DNA of 64,000 nt from the IMG/VR virus record IMGVR_UViG_3300021962_009794; one strand, 5' to 3'. Every line of letters begins with the position of its first letter. Positions within the stretch are counted from its first letter, which is position 1. Made by a program: the position numbers and the translations under genes. The notes under the pieces were generated by a model. It did no database searches and was not told where the DNA came from. It saw only the letters and a list, made by a program, of their open reading frames with translations. Origin of the DNA: a virus (taxonomy: Duplodnaviria; Heunggongvirae; Uroviricota; Caudoviricetes). Positions 9,132 through 19,312 of the stretch are shown here, piece by piece.

Positions 9132-9758
9132 ATGGAAAGAATAAAAACTTTTGAAGATTTTACTTTAAATGAAAGAGAGCTTCCGGATAATCAGGGTAAA
9201 ATCCTGGTTATCCTCGGAGCACCTGGATCAGGTAAAGGAACTTTGTCTAAGGAGTTAAAGAAAAATTACAACTTCATACATTTGTCAACTGGTGATATTA
9301 TCAGAAATTCAGACGACGAGGATGTTAAAAAGATTATTGAAGCTGGTAATTTATTACCCGACAATATGATAATCAAAATTCTTAGAAGAGAATTGAAAAA
9401 AGTAGATCTTAGTTCTAATGTTATACTTGATGGATTTCCGCGAACCATAAAACAGGCTAAGAGACTCGACTCCCTTTTAGGCCGAATGGGATTGGGATTA
9501 AATCATGCTCTTTATTTGGATCTACCTGATAAGGTTGCCAAGGAAAGAATAAAAAAGAGAGCTATGGAAGAGGATAGAAAGGATGATGCAAGTGATGAAG
9601 TAGTTGAAAAAAGATTCAAGGAATATCACGAGAAAACATTTCCACTACTAGACTTTTACCAGAAAAGCAGAAAATTAATCAAGCTAGAGGCTGACAAGGG
9701 AAAGGATAAGGTCCTAGAACAAGTTAAGGAAAGACTTGGTTTAAAATCTAAAAAGTAA
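9132..9758 (+). CDS. adk: adenylate/NMP kinase (short LID) with N-terminal MERIKTFEDFTLNE extension
   Basis: GAPGSGKGT P-loop, HLSTGDIIR, LDGFPRT. Likely start is ATG 9132 (the 9096 start overlaps nrdA). Confidence 0.9.
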   Translation: MERIKTFEDFTLNERELPDNQGKILVILGAPGSGKGTLSKELKKNYNFIHLSTGDIIRNSDDEDVKKIIEAGNLLPDNMIIKILRRELKKVDLSSNVILDGFPRTIKQAKRLDSLLGRMGLGLNHALYLDLPDKVAKERIKKRAMEEDRKDDASDEVVEKRFKEYHEKTFPLLDFYQKSRKLIKLEADKGKDKVLEQVKERLGLKSKK

Positions 9759-9769
9759 AATTCAAGGCC

Positions 9770-10426
9770 ATGTCAGAGAGAATATCTGGGGATTTTGTGA
9801 AGTCTCTAAAAGAAAAATTGGACCGGGAGAAAGGCCAGATACAGAAAAAAAGAATCCTTTTGCAGGATTCACTTAATATAATATTAGATTCATTTAGATC
9901 TAATTCAGATTTGGAAATAAGAACTATTAGGGATTTTGAAACTAGCGAAATATCTTGTTTTGTTGACATATACTCGCCATCCGAAATATTCGAAGCTATA
10001 GGATCTTCACTAGAAAAATCCAATATACCCCACACAAAATCAATCCTGGGAGATTATAAATGTGTTTTTATAGTCGATTTAGAAAGCAGATTAGTAGCTT
10101 CAGGAGCACCCCATAACGTATTTTCCATGGAGGTCTTTTCTAAAAGACTAAAAACTTACAAGATAAGAATCTCCCATTGTGATCCTAAATTTTGCTATTC
10201 TGTTTTTGATAAAAACTACCACGAAGTAAAATTCTGGTATCATGAAAATCTTAATATTTTTACAAAATCAATAACACTTAGAGGATTGAATAGGGATAAG
10301 AAAAAAGTGAAAATCTCGGATGATCCTTCATACGATATAACCGTATCTTTTAATGAAACTGGTGAGATGAGTAATTTTAATTTATTTCCCAAAAAGAGGG
10401 AGAAAAAACAGGGAACGGATCTATAA
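9770..10426 (+). CDS. hypothetical protein
   Basis: 218-aa ORF in operon context; no motif recognised. Confidence 0.65.
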   Translation: MSERISGDFVKSLKEKLDREKGQIQKKRILLQDSLNIILDSFRSNSDLEIRTIRDFETSEISCFVDIYSPSEIFEAIGSSLEKSNIPHTKSILGDYKCVFIVDLESRLVASGAPHNVFSMEVFSKRLKTYKIRISHCDPKFCYSVFDKNYHEVKFWYHENLNIFTKSITLRGLNRDKKKVKISDDPSYDITVSFNETGEMSNFNLFPKKREKKQGTDL

Positions 10427-10446
10427 TTAATAAACAATACAATTCA

Positions 10447-11715
10447 ATGAGTAAAGCCAAAAAGAAAGCAGTCCCGATGGGGAAAATAAAACCCATAACT
10501 GCATCGATGCCAAACATGACAAGATCAAATAAACAGGAGATAAGCCTATGTTTAGTTATGATCGTAAAAGACGAGGAGGACACGATAGCTAAATGTTTAA
10601 AAGCTGTTGCTCCCTACATCTCTTATTGGGTTATAGTCGATACAGGATCTAAGGATAACACTTTAAGCGTTATTAGAGAAACGATGGCTGAGCTTAATAT
10701 AGAGGGTGAACTTCACGAAAGACCTTGGGTTAACTTTGAAGTTAACCGAACCGAGAGCTTGGAGTTAGCTAAGAATAAATGTGACTATAGATGGATTATA
10801 GATGCAGATGACACTTTCTATCCCGATGTGCCGGGGGTTAATCCTTTTGCAGGATTAACAAAAGAGCCAGACGGATATCAGATACTTTATAAGCTAAATG
10901 CTTTACAATACCATAGGGTTCAGCTTGTTAAATCGAGCCAGGACTGGGTTTATAAAGGGGTTTTGCACGAGTATCTACATTTGGACAAGCCAGAAATAAT
11001 TCAGGGTATAGTTCCGAATGCCCATGTTATTGCTGACATCTCCCCGCTTAAAAGAGCAGATTCATTAGAGGAGAAATATGCTAATGACGCTAAGATCTTA
11101 GAGAAAGCTTTAATAGACGAGCCAAAGAACACAAGATACATGTTCTATCTAGCTCAAAGTTATCGTGACTCCAGCCAGCACGATAAAGCAATCGAGGCTT
11201 ATCAAAAAAGAATTGACATGGGGGAATGGCCTGAAGAAGTTTACTATTCGATGTATATGATCGCCAAAATAAAAGAAAAAATGGGAGCTCCCATCGAGGA
11301 AGTAACTGGATGGTATTCCAGAGCCTGGGAATATAGACCAGAAAGGCTAGAAGCAGTTTTCCACACCATGAGAAAACTTAGGGAACAAAAAAGATTCTTG
11401 ATTGCCTTTGCTTACGGTGACGTAGCTATAAAAACAAGAGGAACCGGTGATATTTTATTCGTAGAGCCAGAGATTTGGCAATGGAGACTTTTAGATGAGT
11501 ATTCCCTATCTGCTTACTATATCGGAAATCCTGAACTAGCTATCGAGAAAACCGCTGCTATCCTACAAGCTCCTTTCTTTAAAGATCTTGCTAAAGAGGA
11601 GAGAGATAGACTCCAGAAGAATATGGATTTCTATAAAAAAGGATATGACGAGAAGATTAAGAAGATCAAGCAGATGGAAGCAATGGAAAAAGCCCAGCAA
11701 ATGCAGAGAAGGTAA
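10447..11715 (+). CDS. GT2 glycosyltransferase with C-terminal TPR repeats
   Basis: LCLVMIVKDEE...IVDTGSKD...WIIDADD (DxD), then TPR-like RYMFYLAQSY / EEVYYSMY / RPERLEA. Confidence 0.88.
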   Translation: MSKAKKKAVPMGKIKPITASMPNMTRSNKQEISLCLVMIVKDEEDTIAKCLKAVAPYISYWVIVDTGSKDNTLSVIRETMAELNIEGELHERPWVNFEVNRTESLELAKNKCDYRWIIDADDTFYPDVPGVNPFAGLTKEPDGYQILYKLNALQYHRVQLVKSSQDWVYKGVLHEYLHLDKPEIIQGIVPNAHVIADISPLKRADSLEEKYANDAKILEKALIDEPKNTRYMFYLAQSYRDSSQHDKAIEAYQKRIDMGEWPEEVYYSMYMIAKIKEKMGAPIEEVTGWYSRAWEYRPERLEAVFHTMRKLREQKRFLIAFAYGDVAIKTRGTGDILFVEPEIWQWRLLDEYSLSAYYIGNPELAIEKTAAILQAPFFKDLAKEERDRLQKNMDFYKKGYDEKIKKIKQMEAMEKAQQMQRR

Positions 11716-11742
11716 GATATATAAAGAAAAAATTCTGAATTA

Positions 11743-12282
11743 ATGAAGCATTTATTAGAATACGAATCTTACGAAAACCCTATTACAGAGGGGGCAATTC
11801 CTGTTTATGACGAGGACGAGTTCGTAAAAAACACTAAGTCCAAGCCAGATATGGAGATAAAATGGACACAAATTCCTGCTGTTGTTGAGGGTCTTTTAAA
11901 TAAAGTTGAATCTGGAGAACTTCAAACAGTAACTGTTGTAGCAGATATACCAACACAAGGTAAAAATGCTCCTGCATACGTTAGGGATCTAATGACAAAG
12001 GAGAGAGAAAGAATGGCTCAAAGACAGCAAGCTATCCACGGTAGCAGAATCGAAAGAGCTGACAGACCGGAAGAGGAAGAGTACAGAGACGAAATTAACG
12101 TTTTCGTTGACTCTGAGTACACTATCGAAGGTGTTGTTAGAGAAGTTGGTAAAGATTATCTAATCGGTATCCCTGCTTCTTTTGTAAACAAGGTTAAAAG
12201 AGAACCAAGTTTAAAAGAGTACTACACGGTTAAAATCGCACCACAGCAAATAATAGAAATTTACTATATTAAAGCTAAGTAA
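11743..12282 (+). CDS. hypothetical protein with MKHLLEYESY N-terminal motif
   Basis: 179-aa ORF; GATATATA at 11716-11723; followed by a terminator. Confidence 0.75.
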   Translation: MKHLLEYESYENPITEGAIPVYDEDEFVKNTKSKPDMEIKWTQIPAVVEGLLNKVESGELQTVTVVADIPTQGKNAPAYVRDLMTKERERMAQRQQAIHGSRIERADRPEEEEYRDEINVFVDSEYTIEGVVREVGKDYLIGIPASFVNKVKREPSLKEYYTVKIAPQQIIEIYYIKAK

Positions 12283-12303
12283 TTGAAATTTAAAATAACA
12301 TCG

Positions 12304-12335
12304 AACCCCAATATTTTTAAATGTTGGGGTTTTTT
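12304..12335 (+). terminator. intrinsic terminator
   Basis: AACCCCAATAT-TTTTAA-ATGTTGGGGTT followed by T-tract. Confidence 0.8.
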
Positions 12336-12337
12336 GT

Positions 12338-12365
12338 TGAAACTTTGACCAATCAGGTCATATAA
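12338..12365 (+). promoter_or_regulatory. putative phage-sigma promoter TGAAAC-N16-ATATAA
   Basis: Same architecture at 31485, 51505 and 59657. Confidence 0.45.
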
Positions 12366-12401
12366 CTTTGGCCGGATTGGTCACATTTAATCACAAAAAG
12401 C

Positions 12402-14189
12402 ATGAGTAAAGTTAATAAAACCATTGAAGTCCTTACCGATTTTGAACACATTATAAAAAGACCTACAATCTATGTAGGTAGTGTGAAAAGAAGCGAGGAG
12501 ACACTTCCTATAATTGACGCAGGCATGATTAAGAGCGTCGTAAAGGAGCATTCGGTTGGAATGTATAAGTTATTTGATGAAGTGTTTTCTAACTCAGTAG
12601 ACGAAGCTAAAAGGATGTCTACGGCTATGAAGAAAATAATCGTTGAAGTTGACGTGAAAGAAAACTCAGTTTCTATAACAGATACTGGGGACGGATTTAC
12701 TAACGGCTCTACCATCAATAAAAAGAGTGGACTTAGTAATATCGAAACCGCAGTTTCTATGCTTAGAGCCGGGTCCAATTTCGATAACGACTCAATCTCA
12801 GAAACTCTAGTAGGCACAAACGGGATGGGGGTAAGTTTAGTTAACGCTTTATCCAATATGTTCGAGATAGAAACAGCTAACGATAAAGAGGTTTATTTAC
12901 AAACATGGAAATCTTTTAAAGCTTCATTAGCTAAGGTTACCTCAAGGGCAAAAAGCAGACAAACTGGAACCAGGGTAACATTTACCCCAAACAATCAGGT
13001 TTTTGATAATTCGAAATGGGATTACCAGACCATCAAATCTTACCTTTGTTTAAAGAAAAGAGTTCTCGAAACTGAGACCAAAACAGCTGGTCTTAAAATA
13101 GATTTCATCTGGAACGGTAAAACAGAAAATATAACCAGTTTACTATCTCCTGCTTGGACTGCAAAAACACCAATAGGAGAAATACTCATCTGGGAGAAAA
13201 CAACCGAATCAGGATCTTTCTCTTTTGTTAATAGTGCTCTTTGTACCGGTATACATCAGAAGATAATACTTGATAGAATCAACGGTCAACTAGAGGATTC
13301 TTTAGGCCACCATTTCTATGATACCTTAATTATCCTAAATCTATCACCCGGAATAGTCAGATTCGGGGATCAGAATAAAACAAAGTTTGTTTCTAAGAGA
13401 GAAGAGGTTGAGCCCACCATAGCAAAACACTTCGATCCTGTTTTAGGTAAGTTTTTCAAGAGCGAGGTTTATAAAAACATCAAGAAGGCTGTTGATGCTA
13501 GAAAGAAAGAAACGGAACTTAAGAAAATCAGACGAGACAAAAAATCGATTAGGGTTAAGCATTCTAATAAGTACTTCCCTTCAGCATCATCAAAAGCAGA
13601 AACTCTATTCATAGTGGAAGGACTTAGTGCGATGGGATCAATCCTACAAAAGAGAGATCCTAAGAAAGAAGCTGTTTATGCTTTAAAGGGTAAAATTAAA
13701 AATGCTAGAAGTTTATCGGATCTTTCAGATAACAGAGAAATACTGGAGCTCATGCAAATACTTAATTTGGATCCAGAGGGACAAAATATACAATGCCCAT
13801 TTGATAGGGTTGTTATTGCAACAGATCAGGATCCGGATGGAGCACACATTACTTCATTACTGATCAATTTATTTTATCTCTGGTTCCCTTGGATGATAAA
13901 ACAAGGAAGAATTCAGTTCTTAGAAACACCTTTGGTCACTGTTGGAGATAAGGCTAAGAAGTATTTCTATTCTCTGGAAGAGTTCAAAAAAGGAACAGGT
14001 AAATCTGATAAAGGAAACGTCAGATATCTAAAAGGGCTCGGATCTCTTTCTCTTGAAGACTGGGATTATGTTATGAAGAACAAAAGAATTACTGTCCTTG
14101 TAGAAGACAAGAAAACTAAGTACCATTTAGATATGGCATTTGGTAAGTCTGCAATGGAGAGAAAAAAGTGGCTAAGCTCCACTGTTTAA
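12402..14189 (+). CDS. type IIA topoisomerase large subunit (GHKL ATPase + TOPRIM; T4 gp39+60/GyrB-like)
   Basis: KLFDEVFSNSVDE, DTGDGF, GTNGMGVSLVNALS, LFIVEGLSA, ATDQDPDG, YLKGLGS. Confidence 0.93.
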   Translation: MSKVNKTIEVLTDFEHIIKRPTIYVGSVKRSEETLPIIDAGMIKSVVKEHSVGMYKLFDEVFSNSVDEAKRMSTAMKKIIVEVDVKENSVSITDTGDGFTNGSTINKKSGLSNIETAVSMLRAGSNFDNDSISETLVGTNGMGVSLVNALSNMFEIETANDKEVYLQTWKSFKASLAKVTSRAKSRQTGTRVTFTPNNQVFDNSKWDYQTIKSYLCLKKRVLETETKTAGLKIDFIWNGKTENITSLLSPAWTAKTPIGEILIWEKTTESGSFSFVNSALCTGIHQKIILDRINGQLEDSLGHHFYDTLIILNLSPGIVRFGDQNKTKFVSKREEVEPTIAKHFDPVLGKFFKSEVYKNIKKAVDARKKETELKKIRRDKKSIRVKHSNKYFPSASSKAETLFIVEGLSAMGSILQKRDPKKEAVYALKGKIKNARSLSDLSDNREILELMQILNLDPEGQNIQCPFDRVVIATDQDPDGAHITSLLINLFYLWFPWMIKQGRIQFLETPLVTVGDKAKKYFYSLEEFKKGTGKSDKGNVRYLKGLGSLSLEDWDYVMKNKRITVLVEDKKTKYHLDMAFGKSAMERKKWLSSTV

Positions 14190-14190
14190 A

Positions 14191-14222
14191 TTTTTTTACC
14201 CCGAGTATTTTTCATATATTTA
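14191..14222 (+). promoter_or_regulatory. host sigma-A-type promoter variant (T-tract/CCG/N11/TATATTTA)
   Basis: Same spacing as the other copies; lies directly upstream of uvsE. Confidence 0.6.
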
Positions 14223-14226
14223 CCGA

Positions 14227-15141
14227 ATGGAAAGAAGATATGGTTATTGCTGTATAAATTTAAGTTTAGCTAAGGACAAAATCTCTACAAATAGAGGAAT
14301 GGTCAAAAGGACTTTTGAAGAGAAAGGTCTTCCCTATGCTTCCGAACTTGCATTAAAAAATGTGATAGATCTTAGACAGATCTTGGAGTGGAATGACGAT
14401 AACAACATAAGGATGTACAGAATGTCCAGCGATATTTTCCCTTGGTGTTCTGAGTATGAAATAAGCGATCTTCCGGATTATCCTGCCATATCTGAAATAT
14501 TAAAATCATGCGGTGATTTTGCAAAGAGAACAGACCAGAGAATAACATTCCATCCCTCTCCATATGGGGTGCTAGCTTCAGAGAATCCTGCTGTTGTAAA
14601 AAAGGCAATAAAGGAACTTAACCAGCACGGAGAAATATTTGATCTTATGGGATTGGACAGAAATCACTTTTACCCCATCAATGTTCACGTAAACACTACC
14701 AAGCCAACTAAGGAAGCTGCAGCAATTAGATTTTGCGAACACTTTGAGCTTCTTTCAGATTCAGTAAAGTCAAGATTGGTGGTGGAGGTTGATGATAAAA
14801 AATCTCAGTACAATGCTCTTGATCTTTTCTTAACTGTACATAAGTTTATAGGCATTCCCGTTACATTTGATTATCTACATAACAAATGCAATCCCTCTCA
14901 GTATAACGAGGAGGAAGCTTTAGCACTATGCCTTTCGACCTGGCCTAAAGATATTCCCGCGATCACCCACTATTCAGATTCTAAGAAACTCTATGAGGAC
15001 TCGGGGTCTAAAGAGGTGGCTCACACTGACTGGATCTGGGGTAATGTCGAAACATATGGACTTGATTTCGATATAGAGTTTGAGGTAAAAATGAAAGATC
15101 TTGCGGTACTAAAATTCCTCGAATCAAAAAATAAGGTTTAA
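14227..15141 (+). CDS. uvsE: UV-damage endonuclease (UvsE/UVDE)
   Basis: GYCCIN, MYRMSSDIFPW, RITFHP, NVHV, VTFDYLH, HYSDS, AHTD and EVKMKD motifs. Confidence 0.93.
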   Translation: MERRYGYCCINLSLAKDKISTNRGMVKRTFEEKGLPYASELALKNVIDLRQILEWNDDNNIRMYRMSSDIFPWCSEYEISDLPDYPAISEILKSCGDFAKRTDQRITFHPSPYGVLASENPAVVKKAIKELNQHGEIFDLMGLDRNHFYPINVHVNTTKPTKEAAAIRFCEHFELLSDSVKSRLVVEVDDKKSQYNALDLFLTVHKFIGIPVTFDYLHNKCNPSQYNEEEALALCLSTWPKDIPAITHYSDSKKLYEDSGSKEVAHTDWIWGNVETYGLDFDIEFEVKMKDLAVLKFLESKNKV

Positions 15142-15146
15142 TTAAT

Positions 15147-15377
15147 ATGAACGACAGAGTAGAAGATTTTGAAAAAATAATACTTGGTGATAAAGTACCA
15201 AAGATTAAGTATACTGTCGACAACGACATAGAGTCTTCGGTAAGATATGATTTTCTGTGTGAGAATTTCGGTAAAGCTGAAGTTGATTCGGCATTAGCGA
15301 ATTTGGATATGACTTTTTTAGAACTTTCAGATCTGGAAAAGTATAAGTCTATAACCGAAATTTTAAACGGGGAATAA
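15147..15377 (+). CDS. hypothetical protein
   Basis: 76-aa ORF in a tightly packed operon. Confidence 0.6.
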   Translation: MNDRVEDFEKIILGDKVPKIKYTVDNDIESSVRYDFLCENFGKAEVDSALANLDMTFLELSDLEKYKSITEILNGE

Positions 15378-15378
15378 T

Positions 15379-15720
15379 ATGTTTAACGGAGGAGATTTTT
15401 ACTTGGATGATTTCAGCTCAGGACCTAAACATCCCCAGTTTGATTTGATCAAAAAGCATATAGAAAGAGCTGTACAAGATCTTTTTATAGAATCTCTAAG
15501 AAGTAAAACCGAAGATCTATTATACGTTTTTAAAGACGAATCTCAGATAGATGACTTCACCGAAAGAATTTTAAATTATTGGGAGGGGTTAGAAAACTAT
15601 GAGATTTGTAAAGAAGTCTTAGATCTCACCAAGAATCTCAAGGAAAGATGGACAAATAGAGAATCTAGAGAAGGAGACTCTGCAGGTCTTTCTAGAATAA
15701 GAGACCTGTTTAATCATTAA
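15379..15720 (+). CDS. hypothetical protein with UVR-like motif (YWEGLENYEICKEV)
   Basis: 113-aa ORF; motif shared with ORFs 21566, 30915 and 31180. Confidence 0.65.
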   Translation: MFNGGDFYLDDFSSGPKHPQFDLIKKHIERAVQDLFIESLRSKTEDLLYVFKDESQIDDFTERILNYWEGLENYEICKEVLDLTKNLKERWTNRESREGDSAGLSRIRDLFNH

Positions 15721-15728
15721 TATAAAGG

Positions 15729-16766
15729 ATGCAAGATTACTACCAGATACTAGGTGTTTCCCGAGACGCTTCTCAGGAAGACATTAAAAAGGCTTATAGA
15801 AAATTAGCTATTAAATATCACCCGGATAAAACAGGGAACGACCCCGAAGCGGAAAAGAAATTCAAGTCGGCATCCGAGGCCTACGACACTTTATCCAATC
15901 CGGAGAAAAAAGCTAAATACGACAATCCAAATCCATTTGGTGGCGGAGGTAGAAACCCATTCGAACAATTCTGGGGTGGTACGAATCCATTCCAGTCTGG
16001 AGATTTTTCTTCCTTCTTTACTGGAGGCAGACACCAGGAACCCATGGTCAATAAGGGAAGAAATATAAACGCTGTTGTTGCACTGACTTTGGAGGAGATG
16101 ATGTCAGGTACAACCAAAAAAATCAATCTAAATAGAAGAGTTCACTGCGATCCTTGTAAAGGAACTGGAGCTCAAAATGGAGATATGATAAATTGTTCAA
16201 GCTGTGGGGGTATCGGAAGAGTAAATAAGACAATTCAGTACCAATTTGGTGAAATGGTTACACAGGAAACATGCCGAACTTGCGGTGGTCAGGGAACAAA
16301 GCCAAGAACCTCGTGTACTTCTTGCTCCGGAACGGGCACTACCAGGAAAGACGAAGAGGTTGAAGTTAATATACCAAAGGGATCGATTGCTGGAGTTTCC
16401 TATGTTCTAGCAGCTAAGGGAGACTGGGCAAAAGCCCCATCCAATCCCGGAGATCTTGTTATAACAATAGAAGAATACGTACATGCGGTTTATCGAAGAG
16501 ACGGAATAAATTTAATTAGTGAAAAGCAGATTTCCTTTAAGGACATGTGTTTAGGAACCGAAATAGATATACCCAATTTAAAAGGATCCAGTTTAAGAAT
16601 AAAAGTTCCCCCTGGTACTCAACCAGGAAAAATATTCAGGTTAAAGGGGAAAGGAATTCCCGAATTTAATGGATTCGGATCTGGTGATATTTTGGTCCAG
16701 GTTAATGTAAAAATTCCAGAGTTCCTAACAGAGGAACAAATGAAAGCTATAGAATATTTTAACTAA
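15729..16766 (+). CDS. dnaJ: DnaJ chaperone (J domain, G/F region, zinc finger, C-terminal domain)
   Basis: DYYQILGV...YHPD; four CxxCxGxG repeats; TQPGKIFRLKGKG. Confidence 0.95.
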   Translation: MQDYYQILGVSRDASQEDIKKAYRKLAIKYHPDKTGNDPEAEKKFKSASEAYDTLSNPEKKAKYDNPNPFGGGGRNPFEQFWGGTNPFQSGDFSSFFTGGRHQEPMVNKGRNINAVVALTLEEMMSGTTKKINLNRRVHCDPCKGTGAQNGDMINCSSCGGIGRVNKTIQYQFGEMVTQETCRTCGGQGTKPRTSCTSCSGTGTTRKDEEVEVNIPKGSIAGVSYVLAAKGDWAKAPSNPGDLVITIEEYVHAVYRRDGINLISEKQISFKDMCLGTEIDIPNLKGSSLRIKVPPGTQPGKIFRLKGKGIPEFNGFGSGDILVQVNVKIPEFLTEEQMKAIEYFN

Positions 16767-16771
16767 ACAAA

Positions 16772-17086
16772 ATGACAGCATTATTTTTATTTATAGGATG
16801 GTCGATAACCTCGGTGATAGTAAACGGTAAGATCTTTGATCCTATTAGGAACTACTTCCTAGTAAAAAATCCATTTATCGGAAATTTGATCTCCTGCGTA
16901 CAGTGTACCAGCGTTTGGCTTGGCGCATTGATATTTTGGCCTTTGTTGGCAGTAGGAGAGGTTTCACACATATCGGAGCATCATTGGATTAGCTACTTGG
17001 TCTATCCATTTCTACAAAGCGGCTCTGCAGTAATGCTGGAATCTTTTGTAATTTACTTAGTTAAAGGAGCATCAAGAAACAATTAA
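16772..17086 (+). CDS. membrane protein, DUF1360-like
   Basis: Hydrophobic segments plus LISCVQCTSVW (CxxC-x-x-x-W). Confidence 0.55.
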   Translation: MTALFLFIGWSITSVIVNGKIFDPIRNYFLVKNPFIGNLISCVQCTSVWLGALIFWPLLAVGEVSHISEHHWISYLVYPFLQSGSAVMLESFVIYLVKGASRNN

Positions 17087-17096
17087 CGAAATTAAA

Positions 17097-18503
17097 ATGT
17101 CCAAAAATTTAAACATATCAGATCAGATAAACAACCAATATAGAACGTACGCTTTGTATGTTTTACAAAGTAGAGGCATACCTAATTTTTATGACGCTTT
17201 AACTCCTGTTCAAAGATTGATCTTAGAGAATTCACCTATCAAATTTAATAAAACGATTGGGCTGGTTGGCGAAGTTATTAAAACCGGATTATATCACCAC
17301 GGGGATTCTTCTCTATCTGGAGCTATATCTAAATTGGCCAGACCTTTCGGGTGTTCTTTTAGTGTGCTCGAAGGAGACGGATTTTTTGGATCTCCCGTAA
17401 ATCCTAGTCCATCAGCTCCCAGATACACTTCGGTTAAGATAAATCCTAAGGTTAAGGAGTTTCTTTTTAAGAACTATGACCTAAACGAAAAGAACGAGGA
17501 AGGAGGGCACGATTGGCTAAACGTAGAAGTTCCGGTTGGATTGCTAACCCACGTGGTTGGAATTGCGGTTGGATACAGAAGTAACATCCTGCCAAGAAAG
17601 CTGGAAGACATTATAGAGTATTTAGACGGCTCTGTTAAGTTACTTAAACCGTACTTTAAGGATTTCTCAGGAAAGATTACGAAATTCAAGAACGAGGATA
17701 ATACATGGTTATTTGAGAGCGGGTTTGACGTGGACGAGAAAAAGAAAACTATCCACATCTACGATCTACCGCCTGTCATGAGATATGATAGCTTTATAAA
17801 TAAGCTTGACAATAAACTAGAAAACAGCGGATGTGAATATAGGATAGAAAACCGGTCTCAGAGTAAATGTGATCTTATAGTTTCTCTTAGAAGCATGGAC
17901 AATAACAGGTTCAAAGAGATTGTGGAGAACATCTCTAGACTATGCAAGATCATAGTTAAGGAGGATGTTATATTCATAAAGGACGGAGGGGTAATGGAAT
18001 TCAACTCGGTTAAAGAATATCTTGATCATTTCAAGGGGCATCTAGAATTTGTTAAGCTTAAGAGGCTACTAAGGGATTTGGACAACTACTCAAGAGAGCT
18101 TCAGTTCTTGGAGGCTAAGCTAAAGTTTCTCAATTTCATGATAGCAACCAAGAGAACAAACGACGAGATCATAAATTTCCTAGCCCAATTTGAAAATTGG
18201 ATTTCACAAAGGCTGCAAAGAATTGAGATCATAAGACTAAGCTCTGATCACATAAAGCAAACGGAGATAGACATTAAGGAAATAAAAGATAAGATAGCAA
18301 AGACCAAAAAGATGGTCAAGGAACAAGAAAAGGTTCACAAGGAAGCACTTAAGAAAATTCAATCCCTTGGTAAAATCAAATCATTTAAACCTATGAACAA
18401 TCTATTTGAAACAAATCAGATGGAGGGTATAGAAGTTTACCAGGTACCGGAGGAGGACGAAGAACTTATTTCTTCAGAAGATTTAGAAGAAGATGAAATT
18501 TAA
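17097..18503 (+). CDS. type IIA topoisomerase breakage-reunion subunit (T4 gp52/GyrA-like)
   Basis: RGIPNFYDALTPVQR, YHHGDSSL, SAPRYT active-site Tyr. Confidence 0.92.
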   Translation: MSKNLNISDQINNQYRTYALYVLQSRGIPNFYDALTPVQRLILENSPIKFNKTIGLVGEVIKTGLYHHGDSSLSGAISKLARPFGCSFSVLEGDGFFGSPVNPSPSAPRYTSVKINPKVKEFLFKNYDLNEKNEEGGHDWLNVEVPVGLLTHVVGIAVGYRSNILPRKLEDIIEYLDGSVKLLKPYFKDFSGKITKFKNEDNTWLFESGFDVDEKKKTIHIYDLPPVMRYDSFINKLDNKLENSGCEYRIENRSQSKCDLIVSLRSMDNNRFKEIVENISRLCKIIVKEDVIFIKDGGVMEFNSVKEYLDHFKGHLEFVKLKRLLRDLDNYSRELQFLEAKLKFLNFMIATKRTNDEIINFLAQFENWISQRLQRIEIIRLSSDHIKQTEIDIKEIKDKIAKTKKMVKEQEKVHKEALKKIQSLGKIKSFKPMNNLFETNQMEGIEVYQVPEEDEELISSEDLEEDEI

Positions 18504-18540
18504 TCAGAAAACCAAGCTAGAACTATTAAATAATTAAGAA

Positions 18541-19302
18541 ATGAAATTAAGAATAACAAGCATTCCAAATTTTTTAGTCTTTTTGAAAAGACTTAAATCG
18601 GTAGAAAAGAGTGTGATCCTGGAATTAGACAAGGACAATCTTTTCTCAAAAGCTCACACAGCAGACAAGTCGGTTATGAAATATTCCAGCGTATCTTTAT
18701 CTGATATCCTAGAAGGAGATATTGATTGGGCAAAGTTAAAAACTGACAGAGTTAAGATAGGAATTTTGGATGCGTCTAGATTAATGGAAGCATTTAAACA
18801 CTTCCGACCTGAAGAGGATGTTTATTTAGAGCTTACCACAGAAACTGTAGACGGAGAGTGTGTGTCAACTGAGATCAAACTTACTTCAGCATCATTGAAC
18901 ATTAGATTAAGATGTGCTGACCTTGCTTTGTTATCTTACGTTGAGGATAAGATTTTAAGCATGGTGCATTCTCAGGAAGATGCTGTTGCACAGTTCAAAA
19001 TTTATCAATCAGATTTCACTACGATACTTTCTCTCTGTGGATTGGAAACTAATTCAGAAGAAGTATTGGCATTCGAGATCAACGAGAAAAATGCACATGC
19101 ATTTGGAGACTCTTTCAGATATAAGCTTAATTTGGGTGCATCGGAGATCACAACAGAAGGGTCTGTTATTTCTAACATATACAAAAACCAATTGGGTTAT
19201 ATGGAAGCAGAAACTTGTCAGGTTTATGTACACGATAGCAGATTGGTTATGTGTTCAGAACAGTCTTCAACATCCATTGCAATAGGATTAGTAGAAAAAT
19301 AA
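18541..19302 (+). CDS. putative sliding clamp (PCNA/gp45-like)
   Basis: 253 aa; N-terminal hydrophobic pattern parallels PCNA; lies between the topoisomerase and polymerase genes. Fold is inferred, not proven. Confidence 0.55.
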   Translation: MKLRITSIPNFLVFLKRLKSVEKSVILELDKDNLFSKAHTADKSVMKYSSVSLSDILEGDIDWAKLKTDRVKIGILDASRLMEAFKHFRPEEDVYLELTTETVDGECVSTEIKLTSASLNIRLRCADLALLSYVEDKILSMVHSQEDAVAQFKIYQSDFTTILSLCGLETNSEEVLAFEINEKNAHAFGDSFRYKLNLGASEITTEGSVISNIYKNQLGYMEAETCQVYVHDSRLVMCSEQSSTSIAIGLVEK

Positions 19303-19312
19303 CATTCACCAA

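Noticed and set aside
15729-16766. dnaJ, nrdAB, trxA, rnhB and uvsE as novelties
   Set aside because: These are routinely found in large phages; listed as features only.
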